The notes below the pieces were generated by a model that saw only the letters and a program-made list of their open reading frames with translations, did not search any database and was not told the origin of the DNA. 64,000 nucleotides of DNA from Actinomycetota bacterium (GTDB lineage: Bacteria; Actinomycetota; Actinomycetes; S36-B12; UBA10799). A program made the translations under genes and the position numbers. Each line of letters begins with the position of its first letter. Position 1 is the first letter of the stretch. The stretch is taken from NCBI GenBank assembly GCA_020636995.1, contig JACJWU010000006.1:217087-281086 (forward strand). Direction: 5' to 3'. Shown here piece by piece: positions 8,766-18,953 of the stretch.

Positions 8766-11672
8766 ATGTCCGATGAACTAGTTCTGATCGTCGCCGCCTA
8801 CCAGGAACTGGACGCCGCGAACAGCGACTTCGAGGCCCTCACCGGGGCAGTCGCGAAGAAGAGCCTGAAGTCCGAGGCCATGCTGCTACTGGGCAAGAAC
8901 CCGAACGGCGAGATCCTGGTCGAGGACACCGGGGACCGGCTCGGGCGCCGCGGGGCCGCTTGGGGTGCCGGAGTCGGGGCGCTTGCTGGCCTGGTCCTTC
9001 CACCTGCCTTCATCGCGAGCACGATCGCGGGCACGGCTGCCGGTGGCATCCTCGGCAAGTTCGCATCCAACAAACTCAGGGGCGGATTGCAGGACAAGGT
9101 AGGTGAAGCGCTTGCCGATGGGACCGCGGTCATCATCGGCGTGTACCCGGCCGACCAGCAACTGGGTGCCGAGCAACTTATGCCGGGGTCCGCGGCGAAG
9201 TCCACCGTCACCTCCGACAAGCGCGGAATCAAGGAGCTTGAGTCCGCGCTGACCGAGGCGATGGGCAAGTTCCACCCGGACCGCACCGTGCTGCCGATCC
9301 CGGACAAGACGTTCGGCGGCACCATCGGACGGACCATGGACCACTCCGTGGCCGACTGGTCGATGATCCCGGGTCCCAAAGCCCCGGAGGATGCCCCCAA
9401 CGTGCTCATCGTGCTGATCGATGACGCCGGGTTCGGTGCACCGAGCACATTCGGTGGCCCGATCCAGACCCCCACCCTCACGCGTGTGCAGCAGATGGGC
9501 CTGACCTACAACCGGTTCCACGTCACCGCAGTGTGCTCGCCGACGCGGGCCGCCCTGCTCACCGGACGAAACCACCACCGGGTGGGGTTCGGCTCCATCG
9601 CGGAGTATCCCGGGCCCTTCCCCGGATACACGGCCGCCCGACCGCGCTCCTGCACGGCGTTGCCGCGCATTCTCAAGGAGAACGGCTACGTCACCGGCGG
9701 CTTCGGCAAGTGGCACCTCACACCGGACAACGTGCAGGGTGCGGCCGGGCCGTTCGACCATTGGCCCAAGTCCTGGGGCTTCGACCACTGGTGGGGATTC
9801 CTCTCCGGTGCCGCAGGACAGTACGACCCGATCATCACGGTGGACGACTCGGTGGTCGGTGTGCCCGAGGGCGAAGACGGCAAGCTGTACTACTTCCCCG
9901 ACGACATCACCGACAAAGCCGTGGAGTGGCTGCACGCGGTGCGGGCCCAGGACGCGGACAAGCCTTGGATGATGTACTACTCGACCGGGTGTTCCCACGC
10001 CCCGCACCACGTGGCCCCGGACTGGGCGGACAAGTACAAGGGCGCCTTCGACGATGGCTGGGACAAACTGCGCGAGCGGACCCTGGCCCGGCAGAAGGAA
10101 CTGGGCATCGTCCCGCCCGACACCGCACTCACAGACCGCCCGGACCTGTTCCCCGCGTGGGACGCGATGAACGACGATGAGCGCAAGTTGTACATCCGGC
10201 AGATGGAGGTGTTCTGCGGGTACTCCGAGAACGCGGACTGGAACGTCGGCCGTCTCCTCGACGCGATCGAGGAGATGGGCGACCTCGACAACACGTTGAT
10301 CATGTACATCTGGGGCGACAACGGCTCCAGCATGGAAGGAACGGTCACCGGTTCCTTCAACGAGATGACCTTCCTGAACGGTGTCGTCCTGGACCCCCAG
10401 CAGCAGTTGCAGCTCATCGATCAGTACGGCGGCATCGAAGCCCTCGGCGGCGAACACACGGCGCCGCACTTCGCGGCCGCCTGGGCGCATGCGCTGAACA
10501 CCCCGTTCCAGTGGGGCAAGCAGATGGCCAGCCACCTCGGCGGCGACCGGGACCCGATGGTCGTGGCGTGGCCGCGCCGGATTCCGGCCGGTGGCAGTAT
10601 CCGGCCGCAGTTCACACACTGCATAGACATCGCCCCGACCGTGCTCGAGTTGGTCGGCATCCCGGAACCGGATCAGGTGGACGGCATCGCGCAGGAGCCG
10701 ATGGACGGCACCAGTTTCGCCTACACACTCGACGACCCGCAGGCGGCCGAGCAGCACACGGTGCAGTACTTCGAGATGTTCGGCAGCCGGGCGATCTACA
10801 AGGACGGCTGGTGGGCGTGCGCACGCCTGGACAAGGCCCCGTGGGATTTCTCGCCGACAACGCTGGCACGCTTCGCGCCGGGCGTCTACAACCCCGACGA
10901 CGACACGTGGGAGTTGTACTACCTGCCCGACGACTTCTCGCAGGCCCACAACCTCGCGGCAGACAACCCGGAGAAGCTCAGCCAACTGCAGGACCTGTTC
11001 TGGGAGGAGGCCGAGCGCAACCGCGCGCTGCCCCTGCTGGGTGGCATGTCGATCTTCTTCGGGATACTGCCGCCACTGCCCACGCAGACCCGGTACACGT
11101 TCGCCGGTGACGTGCAGAACATCCAGCGCGGGATGGTCCCGCGCATCCAGGGGCGCAGTTACGCCATAGAGGCCGACCTCCTGGTACCCGAGGACGGGGG
11201 TGCGGAAGGCGTCATCGTGGCCAATGCCGACTTCATCGGCGGGTTCGGACTCTGGGTGGATGAGGACGGCAGACTCAATCACACCTACTCCTTCCTCGGC
11301 GTGGAGAACTACCGGCAGACCTCGCAGGCGCCGCTGCCCACTGGCGAAGTCACGGTGAAGATGCTGTTCGAGTCCGACAAACCCGAACCGGGTTCTGGCG
11401 GCAACGTCACGCTCTTCGCGAACGGCAAGCCGATCGGGGCCGGCCGCTTGGACCACACGGTCCCCATCGCGTTCTCGTCGTACGCGGGCATGGACATCTC
11501 CCGCGACAACGGGCTGGTGGTGGATCGCGACTACGCGGACAAGGCCCCATACGCGTTCACCGGGACGGTCAAGAAGGTGGTCTTCGACCTGAAGCCGCTT
11601 GGACATGATGACCTGACGGCACTGCACGCCGCCGCATCGCGGCACGAGGTCGGCCACGGCGCTGCCGGGTGA
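8766..11672 (+). CDS. Arylsulfatase (Cys-type, formylglycine-dependent) with N-terminal DUF1269-like glycine-zipper membrane module
   Basis: It has the sulfatase signature CSPTRAALLTGRNHH and the metal site LIDDAGFG. The roughly 190-aa N-terminal extension carries GAAWGAGVGALAGLV...AGTAAGGILG segments. There is no in-frame stop between the two parts. Confidence 0.9.
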   Translation: MSDELVLIVAAYQELDAANSDFEALTGAVAKKSLKSEAMLLLGKNPNGEILVEDTGDRLGRRGAAWGAGVGALAGLVLPPAFIASTIAGTAAGGILGKFASNKLRGGLQDKVGEALADGTAVIIGVYPADQQLGAEQLMPGSAAKSTVTSDKRGIKELESALTEAMGKFHPDRTVLPIPDKTFGGTIGRTMDHSVADWSMIPGPKAPEDAPNVLIVLIDDAGFGAPSTFGGPIQTPTLTRVQQMGLTYNRFHVTAVCSPTRAALLTGRNHHRVGFGSIAEYPGPFPGYTAARPRSCTALPRILKENGYVTGGFGKWHLTPDNVQGAAGPFDHWPKSWGFDHWWGFLSGAAGQYDPIITVDDSVVGVPEGEDGKLYYFPDDITDKAVEWLHAVRAQDADKPWMMYYSTGCSHAPHHVAPDWADKYKGAFDDGWDKLRERTLARQKELGIVPPDTALTDRPDLFPAWDAMNDDERKLYIRQMEVFCGYSENADWNVGRLLDAIEEMGDLDNTLIMYIWGDNGSSMEGTVTGSFNEMTFLNGVVLDPQQQLQLIDQYGGIEALGGEHTAPHFAAAWAHALNTPFQWGKQMASHLGGDRDPMVVAWPRRIPAGGSIRPQFTHCIDIAPTVLELVGIPEPDQVDGIAQEPMDGTSFAYTLDDPQAAEQHTVQYFEMFGSRAIYKDGWWACARLDKAPWDFSPTTLARFAPGVYNPDDDTWELYYLPDDFSQAHNLAADNPEKLSQLQDLFWEEAERNRALPLLGGMSIFFGILPPLPTQTRYTFAGDVQNIQRGMVPRIQGRSYAIEADLLVPEDGGAEGVIVANADFIGGFGLWVDEDGRLNHTYSFLGVENYRQTSQAPLPTGEVTVKMLFESDKPEPGSGGNVTLFANGKPIGAGRLDHTVPIAFSSYAGMDISRDNGLVVDRDYADKAPYAFTGTVKKVVFDLKPLGHDDLTALHAAASRHEVGHGAAG

Positions 11673-11913
11673 GGTGGGACACAGCACAGACAGCATGCGA
11701 TCCACCGCTCGCGAGGCCCTGGCCAGGCTCGCCGCAGCGATCGGCAGCGTCCCGGACGGGATGACCACCGCAGTACTCGCGGACGCCGAATCCACAGCGC
11801 GGCGGGGCCCGCGAGTCATCGGGGCTCGTCTGCGTCAGCCGGCCGCAACCGCTTGCGGCATTCGCCTCCTGCCACGAAGCTGCGATCGCGGCATCAGTGC
11901 GAGGCCGCCCGTC

Positions 11914-12318
11914 TCAGGCATCCTTCATCTCGCGCCCATGCACGATCACCGCGTAGATGATGAACACGTCGATCGTGATGATGATGATGCTCCAGACGGG
12001 GAACACCGGAAGCCATAGGAAGTTCGCCACGATACTGATGACCGCCACGATGACCGCCAGCGTACGCCCGAAGAGATTCCCCTGGATGACGAGCAATCCC
12101 GCCAGTGCCATCAACAGACCGAAGATCACGTGCAGCCATCCCCAGCCCGAAACGTCCAGGAAGAGCGCTGCGTCCCGACCGAAGACCACCCACTCATCGT
12201 TGAACACCGCCACGAAGCCGACGATCGCCCACAGGATGCCACCGATGATCATCATGACCCCGGCAAAGACGATCCAGCCGGTCCACCCCGAGCGCTCCTG
12301 CGTCGAGTAGTCACTCAT
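11914..12318 (-). CDS. Small integral membrane protein (4 TM, Trp-rich)
   Basis: The 134-aa protein has four clear hydrophobic helices. I cannot name a family with confidence. Confidence 0.6.
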   Translation of the reverse strand: MSDYSTQERSGWTGWIVFAGVMMIIGGILWAIVGFVAVFNDEWVVFGRDAALFLDVSGWGWLHVIFGLLMALAGLLVIQGNLFGRTLAVIVAVISIVANFLWLPVFPVWSIIIITIDVFIIYAVIVHGREMKDA

Positions 12319-12506
12319 TGTTCCCTCCTCGATTGAGTCCCACCGTTACTGATCGCTCTACGGCGATCACTGTCGACGCTATGCAGGGGCCCTCCTGCCG
12401 CCATCACCCGTCGAGGGGGAACGATCTCCCCCGCAGCGGGCGATGCGAACACGACCACAGGCCGGGAGACTCGTGTCGCGCCAGGGCGCGGATGGAGGGA
12501 CATGCC

Positions 12507-13898
12507 ATGACCGATCAGACCTCCCGGCCAACCGTCGCCGATCGCGTCCTCTGCGGACGAGAGGCGAGATCACGAATCAGTCGGACCGGACACGCGCAGT
12601 GGACACCGGATCCGGATCGGCGCGATCCAGTGACGATCCTGAGCACTCAGAACGAGCAGCGGGTGCCATGGCTTGTCCCCATCCGCCATGCCCGGATGAG
12701 CGCTTCGCCGTTCACCTTCTACCGGGGGGCCGCCGCCATCATGGCCGAGGACCTCAGCGGGAGCCCGGACAGCGCGCTGTGGGTGCAGGCCGGCGGCGAT
12801 GCGCACCTGTCGAACTTCGGCGCCTACGCATCGCCGAGCCGGGAGCTGGTGTTCGACGCCAACGACTTCGACGAGACTCTGCCGGGGCCCTGGGAATGGG
12901 ACCTGAAGCGCCTGACCGCCAGCCTGGTGGTGGCCGGGCAGCACCTCGGTTTCCCCGAGTCGCAGAACCGCGAAATCGCGGCTCATGCGGTCCGGGCATA
13001 CCGCAAAGCGATGGAACACTACGCGAAGATGCCGGTCTTGGACCTCTGGTACGACTACCTCGATGTCGACGACGTGAGGAAGTTGTCCGGGATGTCGGCC
13101 GAGGAACTCCACACGCGACTGGCCCGCTTCGAGGTCAAGGCGCGCAGCCGGACCAGCCTGCAGGCGCTGAGGAGACTCGCCACCCGCGAGTCCGGGTCGT
13201 TGCGGATCCGCAGCCAACCACCCCTACTCGTACCGCTCGCACAGGTGCCCACCGAGTACGACTCAGAGACCACAGACAACGCCACACGAGAGGCCTTCAG
13301 TCGCTACGCGGCGACCACCGAGGATCACATCCAGGTGCTGCTGTCCCGCTTCCGGTTCGTGGACATCGCCATCAAGGTAGTAGGCGTGGGCAGTGTCGGG
13401 ACCCGCTGCTGGATCGTCCTGCTCGAAGGCCGCGACGACCAGGACCCTCTGTTCCTGCAGATCAAGGAGGCCGTGCCTTCGGTGCTGGAGGACCACCTTC
13501 GCCCCAGCCGATACCCCCACCAGGGTCAGCGGGTGGTGCAAGGCCAGCGTCTGGTGCAGGCGCAGACCGACATCTTCCTCGGATGGACCACGGGGCTTGA
13601 GGGAAGGCACTTCTACGTGCGGCAATTGCGGGACTGGAAGGGGTCGGTCGATGTGGAGAACGCCACCCCCCGACAACTCCGGTTCTATGCCGCTCTGTGT
13701 GCCCGGACCCTGGCGCGAGGTCATGCCCGTTCCGGCGACCCCGTGGCGATATCGGCCTACATGGGCAGATCCGCCAAACTGGACGACGCGATCGCGGAGT
13801 TCTCGGTGCGCTACGCCCGACAGAATCTCGAAGACTACGCACAGTTCAAGGACGCGATCGCAGATGGACGGCTGCCGGTGGCCGAGGAGGGATCGTGA
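12507..13898 (+). CDS. DUF2252 domain-containing protein
   Basis: The DUF2252-like core is present (RVPWLVPIRHARMSASPFTFYRGAA...GDAHLSNFG). I chose ATG 12507, preceded by GGAGGGA. The track ORF extends to 12318 and overlaps the divergent gene. Confidence 0.75.
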   Translation: MTDQTSRPTVADRVLCGREARSRISRTGHAQWTPDPDRRDPVTILSTQNEQRVPWLVPIRHARMSASPFTFYRGAAAIMAEDLSGSPDSALWVQAGGDAHLSNFGAYASPSRELVFDANDFDETLPGPWEWDLKRLTASLVVAGQHLGFPESQNREIAAHAVRAYRKAMEHYAKMPVLDLWYDYLDVDDVRKLSGMSAEELHTRLARFEVKARSRTSLQALRRLATRESGSLRIRSQPPLLVPLAQVPTEYDSETTDNATREAFSRYAATTEDHIQVLLSRFRFVDIAIKVVGVGSVGTRCWIVLLEGRDDQDPLFLQIKEAVPSVLEDHLRPSRYPHQGQRVVQGQRLVQAQTDIFLGWTTGLEGRHFYVRQLRDWKGSVDVENATPRQLRFYAALCARTLARGHARSGDPVAISAYMGRSAKLDDAIAEFSVRYARQNLEDYAQFKDAIADGRLPVAEEGS

Positions 13899-13920
13899 CG
13901 ATGCGCCGGGGTGATCGGTC

Positions 13921-15369
13921 ATGAGGCCGACAGCCCCCGCTGCGCGCGCGTTCCATGTGATGAGCAAACCGACCGGCGCCATCTGCAATCTGGATTGCGA
14001 GTACTGCTTCTTCTTGTCCAAGGAGCAGTTGTACCCGGACAGCACCTTCCGCATGTCCGAATCCGTGCATGCCGCCTACGTCGAGCAACTCCTCGCGGCA
14101 CACAACGGTGCGCCCGAGGTGGTCGTCGCGTTCCAGGGCGGCGAACCCACAATGATGGGCCTCGACTTCTTCCGGCACACACTGGAACTCGAAGAGAGGT
14201 TCCGGCGACCCGGCCAGCGGATCCTCAACACCATCCAGACCAACGCCACGTTGATCGACGACGAATGGGCCGCCTTCCTCAAGCGCCACGGCTTCCTTGT
14301 GGGCGTCTCCATCGACGGGCCCCGGGAGATGCACGACGCTTTCCGCGTGGACAAGGGCGGCAAGCCCACGTTCGACCGGGTCATCGCGGGCTTGGAGACA
14401 CTCAAGCGGCACGAGGTCGAGTGGAACGCCCTCACCACCGTGAACGCCGCCAACGGCGATCACGGCCGAGAGGTCTACGGCTTTCTGCGTGACGTGCTCG
14501 GGGCGTCGTTCATCCAGTTCATCCCGATCGTGGAACGGGGGACACCGGAACTGCTCGCGGCCACGGCGCGGGGCTGGACGTCCCCCAAACGTCCCCTCTA
14601 CACACAGAGCGGGAGCGAGGTGACCCACCGCAGTGTGGGCCCCGGACAGTACGGCCGGTTCCTGATCGACGTCTTCGAGGACTGGGCGCGACACGACGTG
14701 GGGGATGTGTTTGTGCAGATGTTCGACACGTCGCTGGCGCATTGGCTCGGTTTGGGCCAGGTCGGACTGTGCGTGCACGCCCGCACGTGCGGCGACGCGG
14801 TGGCGCTCGAGCACAACGGCGACCTCTACTCCTGCGACCACTACGTCGAGCCCGACTATCTGCTGGGCAACATCACGCAGGGCCGCACGCTGCTGGACTT
14901 CGTGGACTCGCCGCAGCAACGGGCCTTCGGCGAGGCGAAGCTCCGCACGCTCCCGCAGTTCTGCATGTCCTGTGATGTGCGTTTCGCCTGCAACGGCGGA
15001 TGCCCCAAGGACCGCTTCGCGACAGCACCCACCGGGGAACCGGGCGTCCACTATCTGTGCCCGAGCTACAAGGACTTCTTCTCCCACATCACGCAGCCAA
15101 TGCACGTCATGGCCGACCTACTGCGGACTGATCAGGACGCGGCGGCGCTACGTGACTGGTACGCCGCTGCCGACGCCGAACGGTCCCGGAACGCCCCGTG
15201 CACCTGCGGCAGCGGGCGCAAGTGGAAGAAGTGCCACGCAGTCCCCTGGACAGCAGCCGTGCCCGCACCGGGGGTCGATGCGATACCACCCATCGAGCCG
15301 GGAGAGGCTCCTAGGCTGAATCCACACGCGGCGTTGCCGACACAGGGCCGCAGTCAGGAGAGATCATGA
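13921..15369 (+). CDS. Anaerobic sulfatase-maturating enzyme (radical SAM/SPASM) with C-terminal SEC-C motif
   Basis: It has the radical SAM motif CNLDCEYCF, Cys-rich SPASM-type clusters (CDHY..., CMSCDVRFACNGGCPKDR), and a tail CTCGSGRKWKKCH. Confidence 0.9.
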   Translation: MRPTAPAARAFHVMSKPTGAICNLDCEYCFFLSKEQLYPDSTFRMSESVHAAYVEQLLAAHNGAPEVVVAFQGGEPTMMGLDFFRHTLELEERFRRPGQRILNTIQTNATLIDDEWAAFLKRHGFLVGVSIDGPREMHDAFRVDKGGKPTFDRVIAGLETLKRHEVEWNALTTVNAANGDHGREVYGFLRDVLGASFIQFIPIVERGTPELLAATARGWTSPKRPLYTQSGSEVTHRSVGPGQYGRFLIDVFEDWARHDVGDVFVQMFDTSLAHWLGLGQVGLCVHARTCGDAVALEHNGDLYSCDHYVEPDYLLGNITQGRTLLDFVDSPQQRAFGEAKLRTLPQFCMSCDVRFACNGGCPKDRFATAPTGEPGVHYLCPSYKDFFSHITQPMHVMADLLRTDQDAAALRDWYAAADAERSRNAPCTCGSGRKWKKCHAVPWTAAVPAPGVDAIPPIEPGEAPRLNPHAALPTQGRSQERS

Positions 15370-16619
15370 ACGAGTCGAAGCCCGGCCAGACTCCGGTCGA
15401 GCCGGAAGCCGCGTTCGGTGATCTGCTGCCCGAGCGCCCCGACACCCCCGCACCCACCGCGGTGGCCGAGGCACCGGACTGGGTGATGCCGATGGTCCGC
15501 AAGATCATCTGGCGGGTCGTCTTCGTGGCTCTGATCGTGGCAGTGCTGCTGGTAATGGCCGCCAAGGCCCGCAGCCTGCTCAGCATGCTGTTCATCGCCG
15601 CGTTCTTCGGGATCGCGATGGAACCCGCAGTGAACCACCTGCACATGAAGCGGGGCATGAAGCGCGGCGCTGCGACCGGCCTGGTCTTCCTGCTCTCGGC
15701 GACCTTCCTCGTCGTCCTGACGTTCATCATGATCCCAGGACTCATCAACGTGGCCGGCGAGATGTCGAACACCTTGAAGTCGGCCATCCCGAAGATCAAC
15801 GATCAGTTCAACACCGACTTCCCGACATCCAAGACCGACCCGGCGTTCGCCACCGCCGAGCAGAACGTGAAGGACTGGATCCAGACCAACGCATCGGACA
15901 TCATGGGGTTCGCAAGTAGCACGATCGGCCTGATCTTCCAGTTCTTCACCATCGCCATGTTCGCGTTCTACTTCGCAGCCGACGCCCCGCAGATCCGCCG
16001 TGCGATCCTCCGGCGGTTCTCCCCTGAACGGCAGCAGCGACTCGGGTGGGCCTGGGACACCGCCATCGAGCAGACCGGTGGGTACCTGTATTCGCGCATG
16101 CTCCTCATGCTCATCAACGGCGGCCTGTTCTTCTTCGTCATGCTTCTGGTGGGCGTGGACTGGAAGATCGCCCTGCCCCTGTCGATCTTCGAAGGGTTCG
16201 TGGCGGAGTTCATCCCCGCGATCGGCACGTACATCGGGGCGGCGGTCCCGATCATCATCACGTGGGGTATCCAGGGGCTGACGTCCGCAGCGATCCTGCT
16301 GATCTGGACTCTGATCTACCAGCAACTCGAGAACTACTTCCTCAGCCCCAAGATCAGCGCGAAGACGATGGAGATCAACGGCGGCATCGCATTCGGCGCG
16401 GCAATGGCCGGCGGCGCGATCGGCGGACCGATGCTGGCGTTCATGTCCTTGCCGATCGCCGCCCTTGTGACGTCCTTCCTGAGGAACTTCGCACGAAGGT
16501 ACCCGCTGGCCTACTTCTCGCCGTACGACGGCGACTACACCGAGGACGATGAACAGGCGAAGATCGAGGACAACCCGCAGGTCGTCCGGGGGGTCGCCGA
16601 GGAGTCTGACGCGTCCTGA
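15366..16619 (+). CDS. AI-2E family transporter (PerM/UPF0118), paralog 1
   Basis: The 417-aa polytopic protein is collinear with 20539..21768. Its ATG overlaps the upstream stop (ATGA). Confidence 0.85.
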   Translation: MNESKPGQTPVEPEAAFGDLLPERPDTPAPTAVAEAPDWVMPMVRKIIWRVVFVALIVAVLLVMAAKARSLLSMLFIAAFFGIAMEPAVNHLHMKRGMKRGAATGLVFLLSATFLVVLTFIMIPGLINVAGEMSNTLKSAIPKINDQFNTDFPTSKTDPAFATAEQNVKDWIQTNASDIMGFASSTIGLIFQFFTIAMFAFYFAADAPQIRRAILRRFSPERQQRLGWAWDTAIEQTGGYLYSRMLLMLINGGLFFFVMLLVGVDWKIALPLSIFEGFVAEFIPAIGTYIGAAVPIIITWGIQGLTSAAILLIWTLIYQQLENYFLSPKISAKTMEINGGIAFGAAMAGGAIGGPMLAFMSLPIAALVTSFLRNFARRYPLAYFSPYDGDYTEDDEQAKIEDNPQVVRGVAEESDAS

Positions 16620-16731
16620 GACATCCGCCGCTGGGATTCTCCCATCCGAAGCGTTGACCGGCCCACCGGTGCGTCTGCCTATCATGTGCTGGGACTTGCG
16701 TACCCCGCAGCGCAGCCATGAAGGGAACGTG

Positions 16732-18921
16732 ATGGACGTGGATTCTGTGACGACTCCCGCCACGCCCGCGTCAAAACTGCGCCCACCACGGGTCCGTCAC
16801 GTCGAACTGACTCGCGAGGACTTGCTGTCGGATCCGAAGATCCTCCAGGCCGAGGTGCTCGCCATCTGCGCACCCGCCGGGTACGGGAAGACCACGCTCG
16901 CGATCCAATGGGCCTCGCGCGCAGATCGATCGACCATCTGGCTGACCCTCGATGAGGCCGACAACGACCCGGTCGTGCTCATGTCTAGCGTCCTTGCCGG
17001 TGCGCGGCACGCAGGTTTCGACCTTCCCAGCCCGGCAGAATCACTCACATCCTCCGAACCGGCGTTCACGCGACGGGTTCTGACGGACTTCCGGCAGGTC
17101 ATCGGACGACTGGCTGAGCCCGTAACGGTCGTCCTGGACGACGTGCACGTCATCGATGACGCCCAGTGTCGACGGATCCTCAGCGCGTTGGTCGATGAGT
17201 TGCCCATCGGCTCGCAACTCGCCCTCGTCGGGCGGAGTCTGAACGGGGCTACGCTGCCCCTGTGGCGCGGACAGGGCCGCGTGGTCGACATCACCGGACC
17301 GGACCTGCAGTTCGACACGGACCTGACCCGCAGCGCCTTGGGGCAGTTCACGGAGATGCCGGTGTCCGACGCGGTTGCCGAGATGGTGCAGACCACAACC
17401 CAGGGGTGGCCCGTGGCCGTCTTCCTCATGTCCGAGCGCCCCGCCGGCATCTCGTCGGCGGTCGCGGCTCCCGGTCCCGGGGCGATCGATGAGTTCATCG
17501 AGACCGAGATCCTGCAACCGATGCCGGAGGAAGTGCGCCGCTTCGTCTGCGAGACCGCCGCTCTGGGTGTCGTGAACGCGGACCTCGCAGAGTACGCGAC
17601 CGGAACTGTGGGGGCGGCCCACATGCTCGGCACGCAGATCACCACGGTCCTCATCCAGCGGACCGTGGACGGCTGGTACGGCTACCACCCGCTGATGCGC
17701 GAGTGCGCGACGGGGATCATGTCGCGAGATGCTCCCGACCGCCTGCGCGAGATCTTCAGCCGTGCCGCCCGGTGGCACCTGCAGAACGGCCACTCGGACA
17801 CCGCCGCACAGTACGCTCTGACATCCGGTGACTGGCCGACCATGGGTGAGGTCATCTGGCCGGCGGCCCGGTTGTCGCTGCTGCGGGGCAGCACCAGGAC
17901 CGTGCAGACGTGGCTGGCCCGCGCCGGCGACATCGCCGTCATGCGCGTGCCGCAGTTGAGCTTGACCGCAGCCTGGACGGGCCTGGCAACCGGCGACTTC
18001 GGCCAGACCCTGCGCTACGCCCGGTCGACTGTGGAGGCCATGCCTGATGGATGGCAGGACGACCTCTCCACGACCGACATCGCCCCGCACCTGGCACTGT
18101 TGCTCGCGGTGACCGGCTACGGTCTCGATGGAGCCGCTGAGGCCGCCGACCTCGCCGGTCGCGCCTGGGATACCGTGCACGCCGAGGATCCAATACAAGC
18201 GCTCGCCGCCGTGATCACCGGGCTGAACCGCGCCCTCATAGGGGATCCTGGCGCACAGAGCGCGCTGAAGCAGGCATCGGCACTCGCCCGCTCGACGGGC
18301 ATCCCCTCTTCCGAAGTGGAGTCACTGGCACTGCTCGGACTGGTGCAGATGGCCGACGGTCAGGACACGGCCGGTTGCGACTCCATCCAGGAGGCCACGA
18401 CCTCATACGCCTTCCACGACCTGGACGAGATGATCTCGACGACCGGCGTCTTGAGGATGGCCCACGTCGCATCCACCGTCTTCCGAGGTCGCGTGGCCGA
18501 CACCCATACGGCGATCGAGGCGCTGCACCAGGTGCGGCCCGCTTTGGAGAGCGCGTTCCCCTGGTTCCGGCCCCTTTGCGGTGGAGTGCTCGCGTTCGCC
18601 GCGGTGCGAACCGGCGACACGAACGGATACCGGGAGTACGCCACCTGGTGTGAGGACTCGCGGGCGCCCGAGGCAGGGCTGTGCCGCAGATTGCTCGCAC
18701 GCGCGGAGCATGAATTCGCAGTGGCAAGCCCACTGCAGCAACTGAGTCCGGCCGAGTTGCGGGTCTGGGAACTGCTGAAGAGCCGGATGACCCTCAGCGA
18801 GATCGCCGACCAGCTCTTCCTCTCTCGCGAGACCGTCAAGAGCCATACGGTGTCGATCTACCGCAAGCTGGGCGTGGCCTCACGACGCCAAGCCCAGGAC
18901 CTGGCCGAGTCCTGGGGCTGA
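16732..18921 (+). CDS. LuxR family transcriptional regulator, large ATP-binding (LAL/MalT-like) type
   Basis: It has a Walker A motif (APAGYGKTT), a long helical middle region, and a C-terminal LuxR HTH (LSPAELRVWELLKSRMTLSEIADQLFLSRETVKSHTVSIYRKLGV). I chose ATG 16732, after GAAGGGA. Confidence 0.9.
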   Translation: MDVDSVTTPATPASKLRPPRVRHVELTREDLLSDPKILQAEVLAICAPAGYGKTTLAIQWASRADRSTIWLTLDEADNDPVVLMSSVLAGARHAGFDLPSPAESLTSSEPAFTRRVLTDFRQVIGRLAEPVTVVLDDVHVIDDAQCRRILSALVDELPIGSQLALVGRSLNGATLPLWRGQGRVVDITGPDLQFDTDLTRSALGQFTEMPVSDAVAEMVQTTTQGWPVAVFLMSERPAGISSAVAAPGPGAIDEFIETEILQPMPEEVRRFVCETAALGVVNADLAEYATGTVGAAHMLGTQITTVLIQRTVDGWYGYHPLMRECATGIMSRDAPDRLREIFSRAARWHLQNGHSDTAAQYALTSGDWPTMGEVIWPAARLSLLRGSTRTVQTWLARAGDIAVMRVPQLSLTAAWTGLATGDFGQTLRYARSTVEAMPDGWQDDLSTTDIAPHLALLLAVTGYGLDGAAEAADLAGRAWDTVHAEDPIQALAAVITGLNRALIGDPGAQSALKQASALARSTGIPSSEVESLALLGLVQMADGQDTAGCDSIQEATTSYAFHDLDEMISTTGVLRMAHVASTVFRGRVADTHTAIEALHQVRPALESAFPWFRPLCGGVLAFAAVRTGDTNGYREYATWCEDSRAPEAGLCRRLLARAEHEFAVASPLQQLSPAELRVWELLKSRMTLSEIADQLFLSRETVKSHTVSIYRKLGVASRRQAQDLAESWG

Positions 18922-18953
18922 ACGTCAGCGCCGGATAAGGCAGCTGGCCGCAG

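Noticed and set aside
8886-11819. A 977-aa ORF antisense to the sulfatase gene.
   Set aside because: It has no recognisable domains and an Arg/Gly/Pro/His-rich composition typical of antisense frames in high-GC DNA. The opposite strand carries a full-length sulfatase with catalytic motifs.
11674-12018. A 114-aa plus-strand ORF between the sulfatase and the 4-TM protein gene.
   Set aside because: It overlaps the convergent membrane-protein gene, has no motifs, and ends in a low-complexity Asp/His/Arg tail.
16549-16731. An N-terminal extension of the LuxR ORF that overlaps the AI-2E gene end.
   Set aside because: The extension is Arg/Ser/Pro-rich and overlaps the transporter's C-terminus. ATG 16732, with an upstream GAAGGGA, gives a normal LAL N-terminus.
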